The translations under genes were made by a program, and so were the position numbers. From Firmicutes bacterium UBA1393 (GTDB lineage Bacteria; Bacillota; DTU025), in the NCBI GenBank assembly GCA_002305255.1, contig DBQN01000083.1, forward strand, positions 28,642 through 87,792: a DNA stretch of 59,151 bases, written 5' to 3'. Positions 41,189 to 49,717 of this stretch are shown piece after piece (position 1 is the stretch's first letter; each line of letters begins with the position of its first letter). The notes beneath the pieces are model-generated. The model saw only the letters and a list, made by a program, of their open reading frames with translations, had not been told where the DNA came from and searched no databases.

Positions 41189-41221
41189 TGGCTTCCCCTC
41201 CAGCCATCAACTTCCAGAATC

Positions 41222-41250
41222 AGCATAACATTGAAGCCAGCCCCCGTCAA
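41222..41250 (-). promoter_or_regulatory. candidate promoter for the LuxR / peptide / rSAM / CPBP unit
   Basis: Minus strand reads TTGACG (41250..41245), a 17 nt spacer, then TATGCT (41227..41222). Confidence 0.45.
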
Positions 41251-41351
41251 CTCCCATACGTGTTGTTCCCCAGCGCATCCAGCGCCCGGCGGTATCGATG
41301 GGCTCCCATCTCCCATCTCACGCCTCACGACCGCCCATCATCCGCCAAACC

Positions 41352-43661
41352 CTACCCGACATCGCCACCCTCTGTTTGCGCCATGAGGATCACCTGCCTG
41401 GTGAGGCTGAGTCGCTTGAGAACCCGCCTGAATGCTGGTCGCTCTGCACCGCAAGGTGCCAGCACCACCAGGGGCCTGATCTTTGGCGTTCTCATCTCGG
41501 CTGTGGCAATGTTAACAGCTAGCATGCCCAACACCGCCAGATCACGATGGGGGATCCGTTCTGTGCTCGCCGCCGGTTCCGACACTGCGACCGCCACTTC
41601 CACCTGCTGACCGTCAATGGCACTGAGACCAATGCGGAGACACCTGTTCTCACACATGAACTGAAGCACCTCTGTGGCAGGCCCCTCAAGGCAGCTGCAG
41701 GCAGTCTCGACCATGTCGCGTACTGCCGCAGAAAGGCCGTCTCGGGCGAGCGTGAGGGCCGGCAACTCTGCGCGGAGGCGTTCGGCCTCTTCCTCTGCGG
41801 CAATCTGCCTGCTGGCGCACTCCCATACGTCCGTAGCCGCGACTTCCGCGCCCACTGTCTCCAATTGAGCCTCGATGAACCGCAGTTCATCTTGGAGCTG
41901 CTGCTGTTCTGTCAGCCTTGCCGCATGTTCAGCCGAGAGCACTTCAAGCTTCGAGCCGTCGACGACACGTGAGGTTAGGTCCGCTCTGATGGCTTCGGAT
42001 GCTAGGATCTCCTCTTGAAGCAGCTCCGGCATGATGCCCACGCTCCATCTCGACCTGCCTCCCAGTGCCCTGGAGACCTCAAGAGCCGCGCCCTCCAGAG
42101 CCTTCATGGCCCTGCCGCACTGCTCTGCCTGCGCGAGGAAGGCTTCGGGCGTACCGACGCCAACTGCATGGCATATCTCTGTGAGTCGCTCTCTTGCCCT
42201 GGTCATGGTCGTTCGCACATAGTCCACCTGATTCCTCAGCGACATGACTTGGCCGAGAGCTGCTGTCACCTCAGCGGCCCGCTCTTGTCGCTCAGCCTCG
42301 AGCTCGTCCTGGCGTGTCAGGGCTGCCAAGTAGTCCTCCAGATCGCGACCTCCTAGCAGCGTCCTGAGCTGCAACTGAGCCCAAGATTGCTGCCGTGTGA
42401 GATCCACCAGCTCGCTTTCGAGCCGCGTTCGCCTCTCGAATCCGGCCTGCACCTCCATGCCTTCCGCCAGGCCGAACACCGTGAGGAGTAGCCCTGCCGC
42501 GAGTCCCACGAGGAGTGCTGCCGGCAACGGGATGTGCAGCTCTCCCACAGTCACTGCGGCATCGGAGGGCACAAGCACGATGCCGATGAGGCATGCAATG
42601 GCCAGGGAGGCGCCAATGACGGTCATGGCCTTACCCAGTCTAAGGCTACTGCTGCGAGCAGGAAACGCCGTCACTTCGGCGGTGATGGCATCGATTCGAT
42701 GCTGCCGCTGCTCAATGCTGTGCGTCAGGCTGGCGGCCTGCACTGCCGCGCTTCTGTTGCAGCGGCGCGCATCTGCGGCTCCCAGTGCAGAGTCTACCCC
42801 CGTCAACGCCGCCTTGGCCGCGGCAAGTCGTGCCTGCGCCCTCGACTGCCGTGCCTCTGCGTCGATCGCCTGCTGCTCGGCATCGTTCAGCGTGGCCAGG
42901 AGAGCAGCGACCTCCTCGTCTACCTCCCAGCCCACGCGCGCGACCAGGTTGAGTAACGCCCCATCTGCCCCGGCACGCAGCTCCAGCTCCTCCGCTCTCT
43001 CCACAGCCCTCAGATCCGACGATGTCGCCGCATGATCCCTCTTCACATCGGCCGTGTAAGCGTCAAGATCTCTCAGTTCCGACCACGCCCTCATCAGGTC
43101 GTCGAACGCCCACAGCTTCTCCGATATGTAGCTCATACGCTCACGGATCCAGGCCGCGCGCCCGATGAGCTGCCTTTTCAGTCGCCGTGCCTCCTCGAGC
43201 CGATCTCTGTCGTGCTTGGCCGCGTCTGCCTCCGCCGTAGCGGCAACCAGGGCCTCAGCGCTCCGCTCGATGTTCGCAGCGGCAGCGGCGGCACGAGCAA
43301 CGTCTGGGCCGACCAGTCTCTCTGCAGGAATCCGCATCGTGAGCCCGTTGTGCGTATCGCACACGCTGTCGCAGTCTTCCAGAACGACGCAGTCCACCAC
43401 TGGCCGGGCCCCCGCCTCCGGCGCTCCGTCTCCCAGGCCGTCATACCGAATGAGCTCGCGCCCTCCATCCTCTCTTACCAGCGTCAGCTCTGCCCGGTAG
43501 GGAGGCCGGCCTGCCACACCATGGCCTTCCGCCATCAGCCGCATCGCGCTCACAAGGGCCTGCCAACGCGGGCCGGAATCGATCCTAATCTGGCTGAACT
43601 CTGGCCTGGGCGTCAGGTTCAGCGTTGGGCGGCCGTTTCTACCCCACACTGCGATCTTCAC
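41352..43661 (-). CDS. SbcC/YhaN-like long coiled-coil protein with degenerate ATPase motifs and a central TM hairpin
   Basis: 769 aa, Ala/Glu/Arg/Leu-rich and coiled-coil throughout. Two adjacent hydrophobic helices lie mid-protein (AMTVIGASLAIACLIGIVLV and LPAALLVGLAAGLLLTVFGLA). The start overlaps the phosphoesterase stop by 23 nt. No GxxxxGK[ST] motif is present at the N-terminus, and LVVLAPCG stands where Walker B hhhhDE is expected. Confidence 0.6.
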   Translation of the reverse strand: MKIAVWGRNGRPTLNLTPRPEFSQIRIDSGPRWQALVSAMRLMAEGHGVAGRPPYRAELTLVREDGGRELIRYDGLGDGAPEAGARPVVDCVVLEDCDSVCDTHNGLTMRIPAERLVGPDVARAAAAAANIERSAEALVAATAEADAAKHDRDRLEEARRLKRQLIGRAAWIRERMSYISEKLWAFDDLMRAWSELRDLDAYTADVKRDHAATSSDLRAVERAEELELRAGADGALLNLVARVGWEVDEEVAALLATLNDAEQQAIDAEARQSRAQARLAAAKAALTGVDSALGAADARRCNRSAAVQAASLTHSIEQRQHRIDAITAEVTAFPARSSSLRLGKAMTVIGASLAIACLIGIVLVPSDAAVTVGELHIPLPAALLVGLAAGLLLTVFGLAEGMEVQAGFERRTRLESELVDLTRQQSWAQLQLRTLLGGRDLEDYLAALTRQDELEAERQERAAEVTAALGQVMSLRNQVDYVRTTMTRARERLTEICHAVGVGTPEAFLAQAEQCGRAMKALEGAALEVSRALGGRSRWSVGIMPELLQEEILASEAIRADLTSRVVDGSKLEVLSAEHAARLTEQQQLQDELRFIEAQLETVGAEVAATDVWECASRQIAAEEEAERLRAELPALTLARDGLSAAVRDMVETACSCLEGPATEVLQFMCENRCLRIGLSAIDGQQVEVAVAVSEPAASTERIPHRDLAVLGMLAVNIATAEMRTPKIRPLVVLAPCGAERPAFRRVLKRLSLTRQVILMAQTEGGDVG

Positions 43662-44754
43662 GACGATCAGTGGACTTCACCTCCTCGAGGGCGGAAAAGG
43701 CGATGGCCAGGGCCTTTGTACGCAACCCACTGTCGGTTCCGATTCTTCTCGCCACAGCAGACTCCACACTGCCCCGGGGCGGCGCAGCTGCGGCAATGCG
43801 CGTGTTGTCGACCACGCTCAGGTGGAAGAAGCTCGACGCGAACTCCCTCTCGAGTCGCAGTGGCAGCCCCGATAGCGCCGGCGACAGCTCCCCCTCCAGC
43901 TGAACCATGAGGCAGTGCTCGCCATTGGCCAGGCCCGCTAGGCGGTGCCTGATGCTGTCGGCAGTCTTTCCTGTGACATCGATGACGATCACACGGTGTG
44001 ACCTTCCAGGAACGACCGTGCGCGACACTTCGACTCCGCTGTCTTCAATGGTGACTTTGAGCACGTGGCGTTCACCGCGGGTGGAGAAGTCATGGTGGGC
44101 AGGTGAGCCAGGGTACCAGCAGGTAGACGTGCCGGCTGAACAGTTCAGCACGGAGTGATAGTGCCCCAGAGCGAGGTAGGTCAGGCCCGACGCCGCGAGC
44201 TGGGCAGAAGTCACGGTGGCAAGGCCCCTCCGACCGACCGACCGACCGAGCGCCTCATCTTCAGTGGTCGCGTGCATCAGCCCGATGTGCACACCCGGCC
44301 CCTCATGCCGCAAGTTGCCAAGCACGGCGATGTCGGCGTTGCGGCCGGTGGTCCTGACACCCCATACACTCACCCCGGGGATGGGCTCTACGGCCGACCA
44401 CTCGTCTCCGGCGAAGAGGTGCACATTTGGCGCGGCCGCAAGTTCGAGCAGTGCCGCCATGCCGGCGTACTCCTCTGCCTCGCCCGGGACGCATACGACG
44501 GGGACTCCGGCGTCGCCCAGCCGAGCGAACCCCGCTGCCACGTGGGCCAGAGTAGAGTCTGACACACATCTTGCACAGATCAGATCGCCTGCAACCAGCA
44601 GGACGTCTACTCCGAACGACACGGCCTTGTCCACTATGAAGTCGAACGCCCGTATCAGTTCCGCCCTGCGTTCTCTCCGCGCCTCAAGGCCGTAGGCTGG
44701 GAGTGGATGATCAAGATGCAGGTCGGATATGTGCAACACGTGTATTGGCTTCAC
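43639..44754 (-). CDS. calcineurin-like metallophosphoesterase, SbcD/YhaO-type nuclease subunit
   Basis: The start was moved to GTG 44754 (SD GGAGGAA 6 nt upstream), giving MKPIHVLHISDLHLD. Further motifs are LLVAGDL and GHYH. Confidence 0.8.
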   Translation of the reverse strand: MKPIHVLHISDLHLDHPLPAYGLEARRERRAELIRAFDFIVDKAVSFGVDVLLVAGDLICARCVSDSTLAHVAAGFARLGDAGVPVVCVPGEAEEYAGMAALLELAAAPNVHLFAGDEWSAVEPIPGVSVWGVRTTGRNADIAVLGNLRHEGPGVHIGLMHATTEDEALGRSVGRRGLATVTSAQLAASGLTYLALGHYHSVLNCSAGTSTCWYPGSPAHHDFSTRGERHVLKVTIEDSGVEVSRTVVPGRSHRVIVIDVTGKTADSIRHRLAGLANGEHCLMVQLEGELSPALSGLPLRLEREFASSFFHLSVVDNTRIAAAAPPRGSVESAVARRIGTDSGLRTKALAIAFSALEEVKSTDRREDRSVG

Positions 44755-44877
44755 TGGATGTTCCTCCGCCGCGAAATCTGCCGACTGTTCACGATTTGCC
44801 CACAAAATGAAAAATGCGCCAGCTCAGTAGCTGACGCGAATCTATTCTGCGTGTCCGGCGTCTTCCCCTCCCCAGGG

Positions 44878-45876
44878 CTACGCGCCGTACCTAGCGAGAA
44901 CGAGGTCGATAGACTGCATCATGCTGCGACGAAGGCCTTCTGGCTTCAGTATCTCAGCCGATTCGCCGAAGGTCGCCACCCATGTACGGAACTCGTTCCA
45001 CCCAGGCATGATATCTCGATATATGACCGAGCCGTCGCCTTGAGGCGTGCGAGTTGCGTTCGGCCGATCAGCGGTGTCGGAGTACATCCTGGTCAACACG
45101 TTGTAGTCATCGGCGAACCTCACCACCACCTCTACCGGCTCCTCACTGCACTCCACGCCCCAGCACGCGGTAACGTGTGCGTCGACATCCTCATCGCACG
45201 GCGGTGTTATCTGGTGGGGCGAGGGCGCGAAGTTGACGATCCGCGACACTCGGTAGTGCCTGATCTCGCCATCTTCCCTGTATCCGTAGAGATACCACGC
45301 GCACGTTCTCCAATCGTACACGAGGGCAACCGGGCAGACATGCCGAACCGACTGGTCGCCATTGGCCTTCACATAGGTGATGACGAGCGGAGCGCGCTCT
45401 GCAAGGTAAGACTCCAGCTCAGCTATGCGCATCTCGTCCTGGCCCTCGCCGTAGATGGGACGCCCGGTGATCACAACGCGCCTCCCTCCGGCCTCGGTTC
45501 GCAGGTTCCGCCTGAGCCTTGCCCCCACTGCCTCACACTCACAGCTCGACTCCAGCATCTCCAGGAGCATCGTGGCCTCGCGGCGTGTCAGCGAGGTGAC
45601 CGGGAAAGCGAAGTCCCTGGAGGCGAGCGCCCATATCTCCTGCTCCGGCAGAAGCTGTGGCGAGTCACCGTCGAGGTCATCTGCCGAGCAGTACAGCGGT
45701 GCCCTGCCGTAGGTGCTGAGCGTGGTGAGATCAGCCCTGATCAGCTCGGGTGTGAACCCCGACTGCTCCGCCAGTGAAGCCAGGCTCATCCCGTCGGCGC
45801 CGGCAGCCAGAAGCAGATTGACCAGGCGAATCACCCGGCCGAACACCTCAGCCTTCAGCTCATCATCGCTCCTCAT
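44878..45876 (-). CDS. HTH-WYL-WCX transcriptional regulator (PafC-like partner)
   Basis: 332 aa with an N-terminal wHTH and a WYL-domain core (VRHVCPVALVYDWRTCAWYLYGY). It overlaps the upstream WYL gene by 14 nt. Confidence 0.8.
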   Translation of the reverse strand: MRSDDELKAEVFGRVIRLVNLLLAAGADGMSLASLAEQSGFTPELIRADLTTLSTYGRAPLYCSADDLDGDSPQLLPEQEIWALASRDFAFPVTSLTRREATMLLEMLESSCECEAVGARLRRNLRTEAGGRRVVITGRPIYGEGQDEMRIAELESYLAERAPLVITYVKANGDQSVRHVCPVALVYDWRTCAWYLYGYREDGEIRHYRVSRIVNFAPSPHQITPPCDEDVDAHVTACWGVECSEEPVEVVVRFADDYNVLTRMYSDTADRPNATRTPQGDGSVIYRDIMPGWNEFRTWVATFGESAEILKPEGLRRSMMQSIDLVLARYGA

Positions 45877-47107
45877 CGGCGTCCACCTGCCTCTCGTACA
45901 TCTGCTTCATCCGCTTCGCGCTGGAGATCAGCTCTTCACGCATGGTAGCAGGCTCTATGACCTCCGCTGAGCTGCCAAAAGACCTCAACCAGGCCCTGAA
46001 CTCAGGCTCGCCCAGAATCGTGTCGGTGTACTCCCACACACCTGGCTCAACCTGCCGCAACACCGCGCGCCTGCGATGGGCGGTTTCCGCCTTGACCCTG
46101 GAGATGACGTTGAACTCATCATAGAACCTCACGCGCACCGACACCGGATCGCCGCGGTACACGCCCCACTGCCCCTCGAGGTAGTCGTCAAGCTTGAACC
46201 CCTCAGGAGGCTCGAACCGTTCATCCGTCACTGCCATGCTCAGAATCCTGTCGGCCCTGAACAGCCTGACGTCTTGCGCCGTGCGGCAGCGGGCCACCAC
46301 ATACCACATATCGTGAACGGAGTAGTAAAGAACGCCAAGGGGCTCTATCACCCTGGGCCTCTTCACGCCCCGGGATCTTAAGCCCCTGTAGACTATCTCC
46401 ACCGTATGTTGTTCACACGCTGCCAGCTCCAGCACCTCGACTTTGCTCAAGAGAGATGAGCTGTTCTGCCTGGGCCTTCTGACCACGTGCCTTCTTCTTG
46501 AGACCAGGCTCACTCGGGTGAGATCAGGTGTAAGCCCGGCCATGAGCTTGCGACGTATGGACTCCGCTGCGGCCGGGTCGGCAAGGGCCTTCGGACTGGT
46601 GTCGAGGGCACGCATCACTGCCGCAAGCTGCGAGTATGGCAGCGTGAACCGGGGCATGAACGCTTCGGTCAACCCGTACACCGCCGAGTCGCCGGGCGCG
46701 CACCCCTGTTGCTGAATGTATCCCTCAAGCACCAGGAAACGGATGTCACGCCTCACGGTACGTTCGTCGACGCCAAACTCGGCGCTCTGGCTCAGCACGC
46801 CGTCAATGATCTGCTCTAGCGGGAGCGGCCCTTCACTGAGCAGACTCAGAATGGCCAGCCGCCGCATGGCCCACTCTGCCGCATGTAGCTGATAGTCGCC
46901 GCACTTCCAGATGATTCGCCCGGCGCTGATCGAGATGTCAACGCCAACCTTTCTGAGGCTCGCGACGTCTCGCATGAGAGTTCGCTCCGACACACCCAGG
47001 CATCGCACGGCATCAGCCGACGCGCAGCCATTCTGATCCTGCCTGGCCATGTCGAGAAGCGCCTGAAGTCGCCGTTTCTTGTCGGGCCGTTGCGGTATCT
47101 GACTCAA
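45863..47107 (-). CDS. HTH-WYL-WCX transcriptional regulator (PafB-like partner, duplicated N-terminal wHTH)
   Basis: 414 aa with two DeoR-like wHTH segments, then a WYL core (RVIEPLGVLYYSVHDMWYVVARC) and a C-terminal extension. Confidence 0.8.
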   Translation of the reverse strand: MSQIPQRPDKKRRLQALLDMARQDQNGCASADAVRCLGVSERTLMRDVASLRKVGVDISISAGRIIWKCGDYQLHAAEWAMRRLAILSLLSEGPLPLEQIIDGVLSQSAEFGVDERTVRRDIRFLVLEGYIQQQGCAPGDSAVYGLTEAFMPRFTLPYSQLAAVMRALDTSPKALADPAAAESIRRKLMAGLTPDLTRVSLVSRRRHVVRRPRQNSSSLLSKVEVLELAACEQHTVEIVYRGLRSRGVKRPRVIEPLGVLYYSVHDMWYVVARCRTAQDVRLFRADRILSMAVTDERFEPPEGFKLDDYLEGQWGVYRGDPVSVRVRFYDEFNVISRVKAETAHRRRAVLRQVEPGVWEYTDTILGEPEFRAWLRSFGSSAEVIEPATMREELISSAKRMKQMYERQVDADEER

Positions 47108-47135
47108 CTTCCATCACCGTGCGATGGATTCGACA

Positions 47136-47801
47136 TCAGGCGATATCATACCTCCACGGCTCGTGCTCGACCTTCTCCCTCAGTTTGCGCTTGCCGCGCG
47201 CCAGGGCGTTGTCGACGGCTTTCACCGACATCCCCATCTCCGCTGCGATCTGCTGGTATGTACCCCCCTCGCAATACACGCGCATCGCCCTGAACTCGAG
47301 GTCCGACAGGGCCGCTTCGGCGCACTTCCACAACTCACTCTTCGTCTCCTCGTCCATCGTCAGGCCAGAGGGATCCGGTGATGCGACATCGGCGATGGCA
47401 TCGATGGCGAGTGTGTCATCACCCCCGTCAGCATCTCGCCCAGAGACCGTGCCGAACAGCGGAACGACACACGCGGGCGGAACCTGCCTCGCCCTGAAGT
47501 AAGCCCTGATCACAGTTGCCAGACGACGCCGCACACACAGCTCGACAAAGCCATACAGCCCAGACTTGGCGGAATCCCAGTTCTTCACGGCCGCGAGAAA
47601 TCCCATGTCAGCCTCTTGCCTCAGATCCTCGGGGTCGAGCCAGCCGTAGCTTCTGCTGTAGGAGCGTGCCCACGATCGAAGCGCTCCTGAGTATCTCCGC
47701 ATCAGTTCCTCAAATGCCAGGTCTCGTTCATACTCGTCATCTGAATGCCTGTACACCAGGGCCAACTCCGCGTCACCAAGAAGCGCAAGGTTCTTCTCCA
47801 C
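47136..47801 (-). CDS. sigma-70 family sigma factor, SigH (sigma-30)-like
   Basis: 221 aa, GTG start with SD GGGAGGGTGA. Region 2 reads DLRQEADMGFLAAVKNWD. Region 4 (LSDLEFRAMRVYCEGGTYQQIAAEMGMSVKAVDNALARGKRKL) closely parallels my recollection of B. subtilis SigH region 4. Confidence 0.75.
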   Translation of the reverse strand: MEKNLALLGDAELALVYRHSDDEYERDLAFEELMRRYSGALRSWARSYSRSYGWLDPEDLRQEADMGFLAAVKNWDSAKSGLYGFVELCVRRRLATVIRAYFRARQVPPACVVPLFGTVSGRDADGGDDTLAIDAIADVASPDPSGLTMDEETKSELWKCAEAALSDLEFRAMRVYCEGGTYQQIAAEMGMSVKAVDNALARGKRKLREKVEHEPWRYDIA

Positions 47802-48039
47802 AGCCTCACCCTCCCGATGCAGATGTCGTCAGCGTCGACGCGAACAAATGTTACCACACACATCCGGCGCGGAACTGTCACGAACACGCTGTCGTCAGCT
47901 GGCGCCCCGCCGGCGCCGCCAGTGGCCAGGCAGCGCGGCGCGAACTGAACACCGCCGGCCCACGCCGCGGCTGCCCAGAACCTTCGCGTCTCGCGGCCTC
48001 GCCCCCAGGGGGATGAACCTGAGCATGGTACAGCACGAT

Positions 48040-48071
48040 ACAACGAAAGGGCCTGCCCCGCGGGGCAGACC
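48040..48071 (-). terminator. rho-independent terminator after the SCIFF maturase gene
   Basis: Minus strand reads GGUCUGCCCC-GC-GGGGCAGGCC (10 bp, one G-U pair), followed by CUUUCGUUGU. Confidence 0.65.
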
Positions 48072-48140
48072 CTCCATACCATGTTATGTTTCGCCCGCCG
48101 GCGCAACACTGCAGGGCGGCAGGGCGACAGGACTACATGA

Positions 48141-49565
48141 CTACAGGGCCATCAGCGCGAGCGCAGCCTCCAGACGCTTCTTGGTGATCGCGCATCCGAC
48201 GGCGTATGGCTCCGACAGCGTCCCCGACATCTCATGGGCGTTGGCGTGGCACCCTCCGGAGCACATGAACCTCGCCCAACACTGGGCGCACGCCGGCTTT
48301 GCGTAGATGTGTGCCTCCCCGAACTGCGCGCCTATCCCCGTATCCGTGATGCCGTCATTGACGTTCCCCATGTCAAAGCCAGGCCTTCCTACGAACTGGT
48401 GGCACGGATAGAGCCGTCCCTCAGGTGTCACTGCTGCATACTCCCTACCTGCCCCGCATCCCATGAGCCTCTTTGCCAGGCATGGCCCGTGAGCAACATC
48501 GAGGTCGAAATGGAAGAAGCGAAAACCGCGTCCGGCCCGTCTGCGGTTGGCCATCTCCTGCACCAGCCGGTCGTAGGCTGCGAACACCTGAGAAAGATCT
48601 TGCTCTCTGATGGAATAGGGCGACTGGGGCGAAGCCACCACAGGCTCGAAGGATATCGTCTCAAAGCCCATATCGGCCAGGAACAGCACGTCTTTGTCGA
48701 AGTCCAAATTGCGCCTCGTATACGTGCCCCGCACGTAGTACTCTCCGCCTCTGCGCGAGTTCACAAACTTCAGAGCATTCGCCGCCACCCGCGCGAAGGT
48801 TGGCCCGCCGTCAGCGCTGCGCCTCACGGCATCATGCACCCATGCACGCCCATCCAGGCTCAACACGACCGCGATGTTGTTGTCGTTAAGGAACTCACCC
48901 ACCTCATCGGTGAGCCCCAGTACGTTCGTTGTCAGGGTAAACTTCAGAGTCTTGCCTGAGCGCCGCTCAAGCTCCTGACCGTGGCTGACTATGCGCCGCA
49001 CCGCATCCATATTCATCAACGGTTCGCCGCCGAAGAAGTCCACCTCGAGATGGCCCACATGCCCGCTGGCCTTGAACAGCAGGTCCAGCGCAGCCATGCC
49101 CACTTCAGCCGGCATCAGCGCCCTGGCGCCACCGAATCCGCCTGTGCCCGCGAAGCAGTAGCCGCATCTCATGTCGCAGTCATGCGCCACATGCAGGCAC
49201 ATCGCCTTCAACACGCCGGGGCCCAGCTCGCCCACATCGGCATCCCGCTCGTCGGGGTACGAAAGCACGCCTTGGTCGATCAGCGTATCGAGATCTCGGA
49301 CTACCTCCTGCACCTGCCCGCCATCGAGCTCGACGCCGCCACCGGCACGGCTACCGCCATCCGCCCCTGCACCCATTGCCTCCAGAACCGCCCATGCCGC
49401 CTCGTCTATCGAGTGCAAGCTGCCAGACTGGACGTCCAAAAGCAAGCGGGCGCCCGCATCACCGAACCGGTGCCAGTTGCGCTGGATCCCGGCTCGCGAA
49501 GGACGCCCCCTCTTGAGACTGAGCTCTACGCCTACTTCTTGCACGCCTGGTTCCCAAGGGTGCAC
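48141..49565 (-). CDS. SCIFF peptide radical SAM maturase (thioether-forming, SPASM domain)
   Basis: Contains CDMRCGYC (Cx3Cx2C) and the C-terminal SPASM cysteines (CGAGREYAAVTPEGRLYPCH, CAQCWARFMCSGGCHA). It lies immediately downstream of a SCIFF peptide. The start is uncertain: the GTG at 49565 overlaps the peptide ORF by 34 nt, and no canonical start exists between the peptide stop and the conserved WHRF...LDV block. Confidence 0.85.
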   Translation of the reverse strand: MHPWEPGVQEVGVELSLKRGRPSRAGIQRNWHRFGDAGARLLLDVQSGSLHSIDEAAWAVLEAMGAGADGGSRAGGGVELDGGQVQEVVRDLDTLIDQGVLSYPDERDADVGELGPGVLKAMCLHVAHDCDMRCGYCFAGTGGFGGARALMPAEVGMAALDLLFKASGHVGHLEVDFFGGEPLMNMDAVRRIVSHGQELERRSGKTLKFTLTTNVLGLTDEVGEFLNDNNIAVVLSLDGRAWVHDAVRRSADGGPTFARVAANALKFVNSRRGGEYYVRGTYTRRNLDFDKDVLFLADMGFETISFEPVVASPQSPYSIREQDLSQVFAAYDRLVQEMANRRRAGRGFRFFHFDLDVAHGPCLAKRLMGCGAGREYAAVTPEGRLYPCHQFVGRPGFDMGNVNDGITDTGIGAQFGEAHIYAKPACAQCWARFMCSGGCHANAHEMSGTLSEPYAVGCAITKKRLEAALALMAL

Positions 49566-49684
49566 GAGGTCTTACATGCCGACTGACAGGAGGTCTGGCA
49601 CTCCCGGCAGCCGCCGCTTGACGCCGTGGCCTTGAGGTTTCCGACGGCGATGGTCCTCACGTGTACTGTGTTCTTCTCGTTCAT
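49532..49684 (-). CDS. SCIFF (six-cysteines-in-forty-five) ranthipeptide precursor
   Basis: Not in the ORF track (50 aa). SD GGAGG precedes ATG 49684 and the product is MNEKNTVHVRTIAVGNLKATASSGGCRECQTSCQSACKTSCTLGNQACKK. The block GGCxECQTSCQSACKTSCTxGNQxC is the family signature. Confidence 0.85.
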   Translation of the reverse strand: MNEKNTVHVRTIAVGNLKATASSGGCRECQTSCQSACKTSCTLGNQACKK

Positions 49685-49717
49685 GCTCAGTTGAGACCTC
49701 CGTTACCGCAATTACCT

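Noticed and set aside
44707-45777. 356 aa ORF on the + strand
   Set aside because: It is antisense to the WYL regulator and the phosphoesterase start. It has no motifs and no SD.
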